A stretch of DNA of 63,905 nucleotides, filler included, from Folioceros fuciformis (Eukaryota): the NCBI GenBank assembly GCA_049999805.1. It is 12 parts of 12 records of this genome, joined end to end, with 100 filler letters (N's around TTAATTAATTAA, not from the genome) between each part and the next. Parts side by side here need not be neighbours in the genome. Positions count along the whole stretch, not along the records: positions 61,614 to 63,905 come from JBNGIO010003994.1; 11 more parts are not named here. One strand, given 5' to 3'. Positions 62,851 to 63,905 of this stretch are shown here, in pieces. The notes below the pieces were generated by a model. That model worked only from the letters and a program-made list of their open reading frames with translations. It did not search any database and was not told the origin of the DNA. The position numbers and the translations under genes were made by a program. The first letter of the stretch is position 1, and each line of letters begins with the position of its first letter.

Positions 62851-63905
62851 CTAAACGTGTGCAACCCACCAAAGCATGAATACCCTCAAACAAACCTTAG
62901 GATACCACACATACAAACCGCTAGCTGCACTCAGGAAGGGCCTTAGATTATCTTGAGTTGCTTGCGTGTGGATGAGCTTGAAACAAGATGTGTGTTGTAC
63001 CTTGCAAAAAAGTAACTAGTACAACTTCAAGGTGAATGCCCATTGAGTAGGAGGAAGCTTGCAAAATACCAATCAATGAGGGAAGTATGCGTAATCCATC
63101 ATATTACCAAATAGAATTGTAAAATGGGAAAGTTTTTGTTGTCGTTCAGTCTTGTTTTCCCTGGCTCCGTATGCCCGTATGTGTGCGAATGTCGAAACCG
63201 AAGCCCAGCCCGATAATGTCCCGGCGCCCACGGCAGCCTGATATGGGAGCGTCATAATTGCTTGGCCCAGATATGAGACGAGCGGCCCGTATCGGGCCGG
63301 ATGACGCGCAAACGACACGGGCGTGCCTTCCCAACTGCCTGACACTGCCCGTGTGTAAAAAGGCGCACTGGGTCCCCTCTCCCCTTTCTTGGACCACAAT
63401 CTTTCACGCCTCCAACGTGACCGCGAAATTCTCTCCTTTTCCGCCCACCCCTTCAATTTTTTTTCATTGTCGCCACACCAGCCCAGTCAACAAGCCCTTC
63501 CCTTCCGTATTGCCGTGGCGTGCCTCCATACGGATCCACGCACCCACCGCCGCCTCGCAATGCTTGCTTGGAAATGCATCCAATCCTGTGTCCTTTGTGT
63601 TCAATTTTTGCCAACTCTTTCTTGTCTGTCTGCGTATGCAAGCATGTTTGTATGCGTGTCTCTCTGTAGTTGTGAGGTGAAAGCGGGCGGTCTCGCTCTG
63701 AAGCTGATCAGTATGCGGAGAGAGTGAACAACTCTTCTTCTCGAAATCGCAGACGATGTTTCAAGGGCTCGGCACATCGGCACCTCTCTCCACGAAAAAC
63801 CAACCCACCTACCATACGGGGACGCTCGCGTCCCCAAGCTTGCGCGTTCCCCAAGCGCGATTTGTAAGGGAGGGGGGGAGGAGGTAGGCGGCCGCACGAG
63901 AAGAG

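Overview
Eukaryotic, non-seed land plant DNA, most likely a hornwort because of the GRP-ending DYW:KP PPR gene. It is not one locus: 12 short scaffolds are joined by 11 artificial N44-TTAATTAATTAA-N44 spacers, so neighbourhood only has meaning within a segment. Most of the window is nested, decayed Ty1/copia, Ty3/gypsy and LINE sequence with minisatellites. Host genes: an intact 1073-aa PLS-PPR-E-DYW:KP(GRP) candidate U-to-C editing factor, a two-RRM gene with a U12 AT-AC intron, tRNA-Gly(UCC), 5' fragments of an LRR protein, Derlin-2 and an FAD-oxidoreductase (probably NRPS-like), and a bicupin pseudogene. Three observations stand out. (1) The editing factor carries an N-terminal OSB-type PDF ssDNA-binding motif, with two more decayed PDF copies upstream. 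(2) A prokaryote-like beta-class N4/N6 DNA methyltransferase relic sits among retroelements. (3) Two divergent gypsy elements have a PHD finger at the integrase C-terminus. All assignments are by eye; no searches were run.
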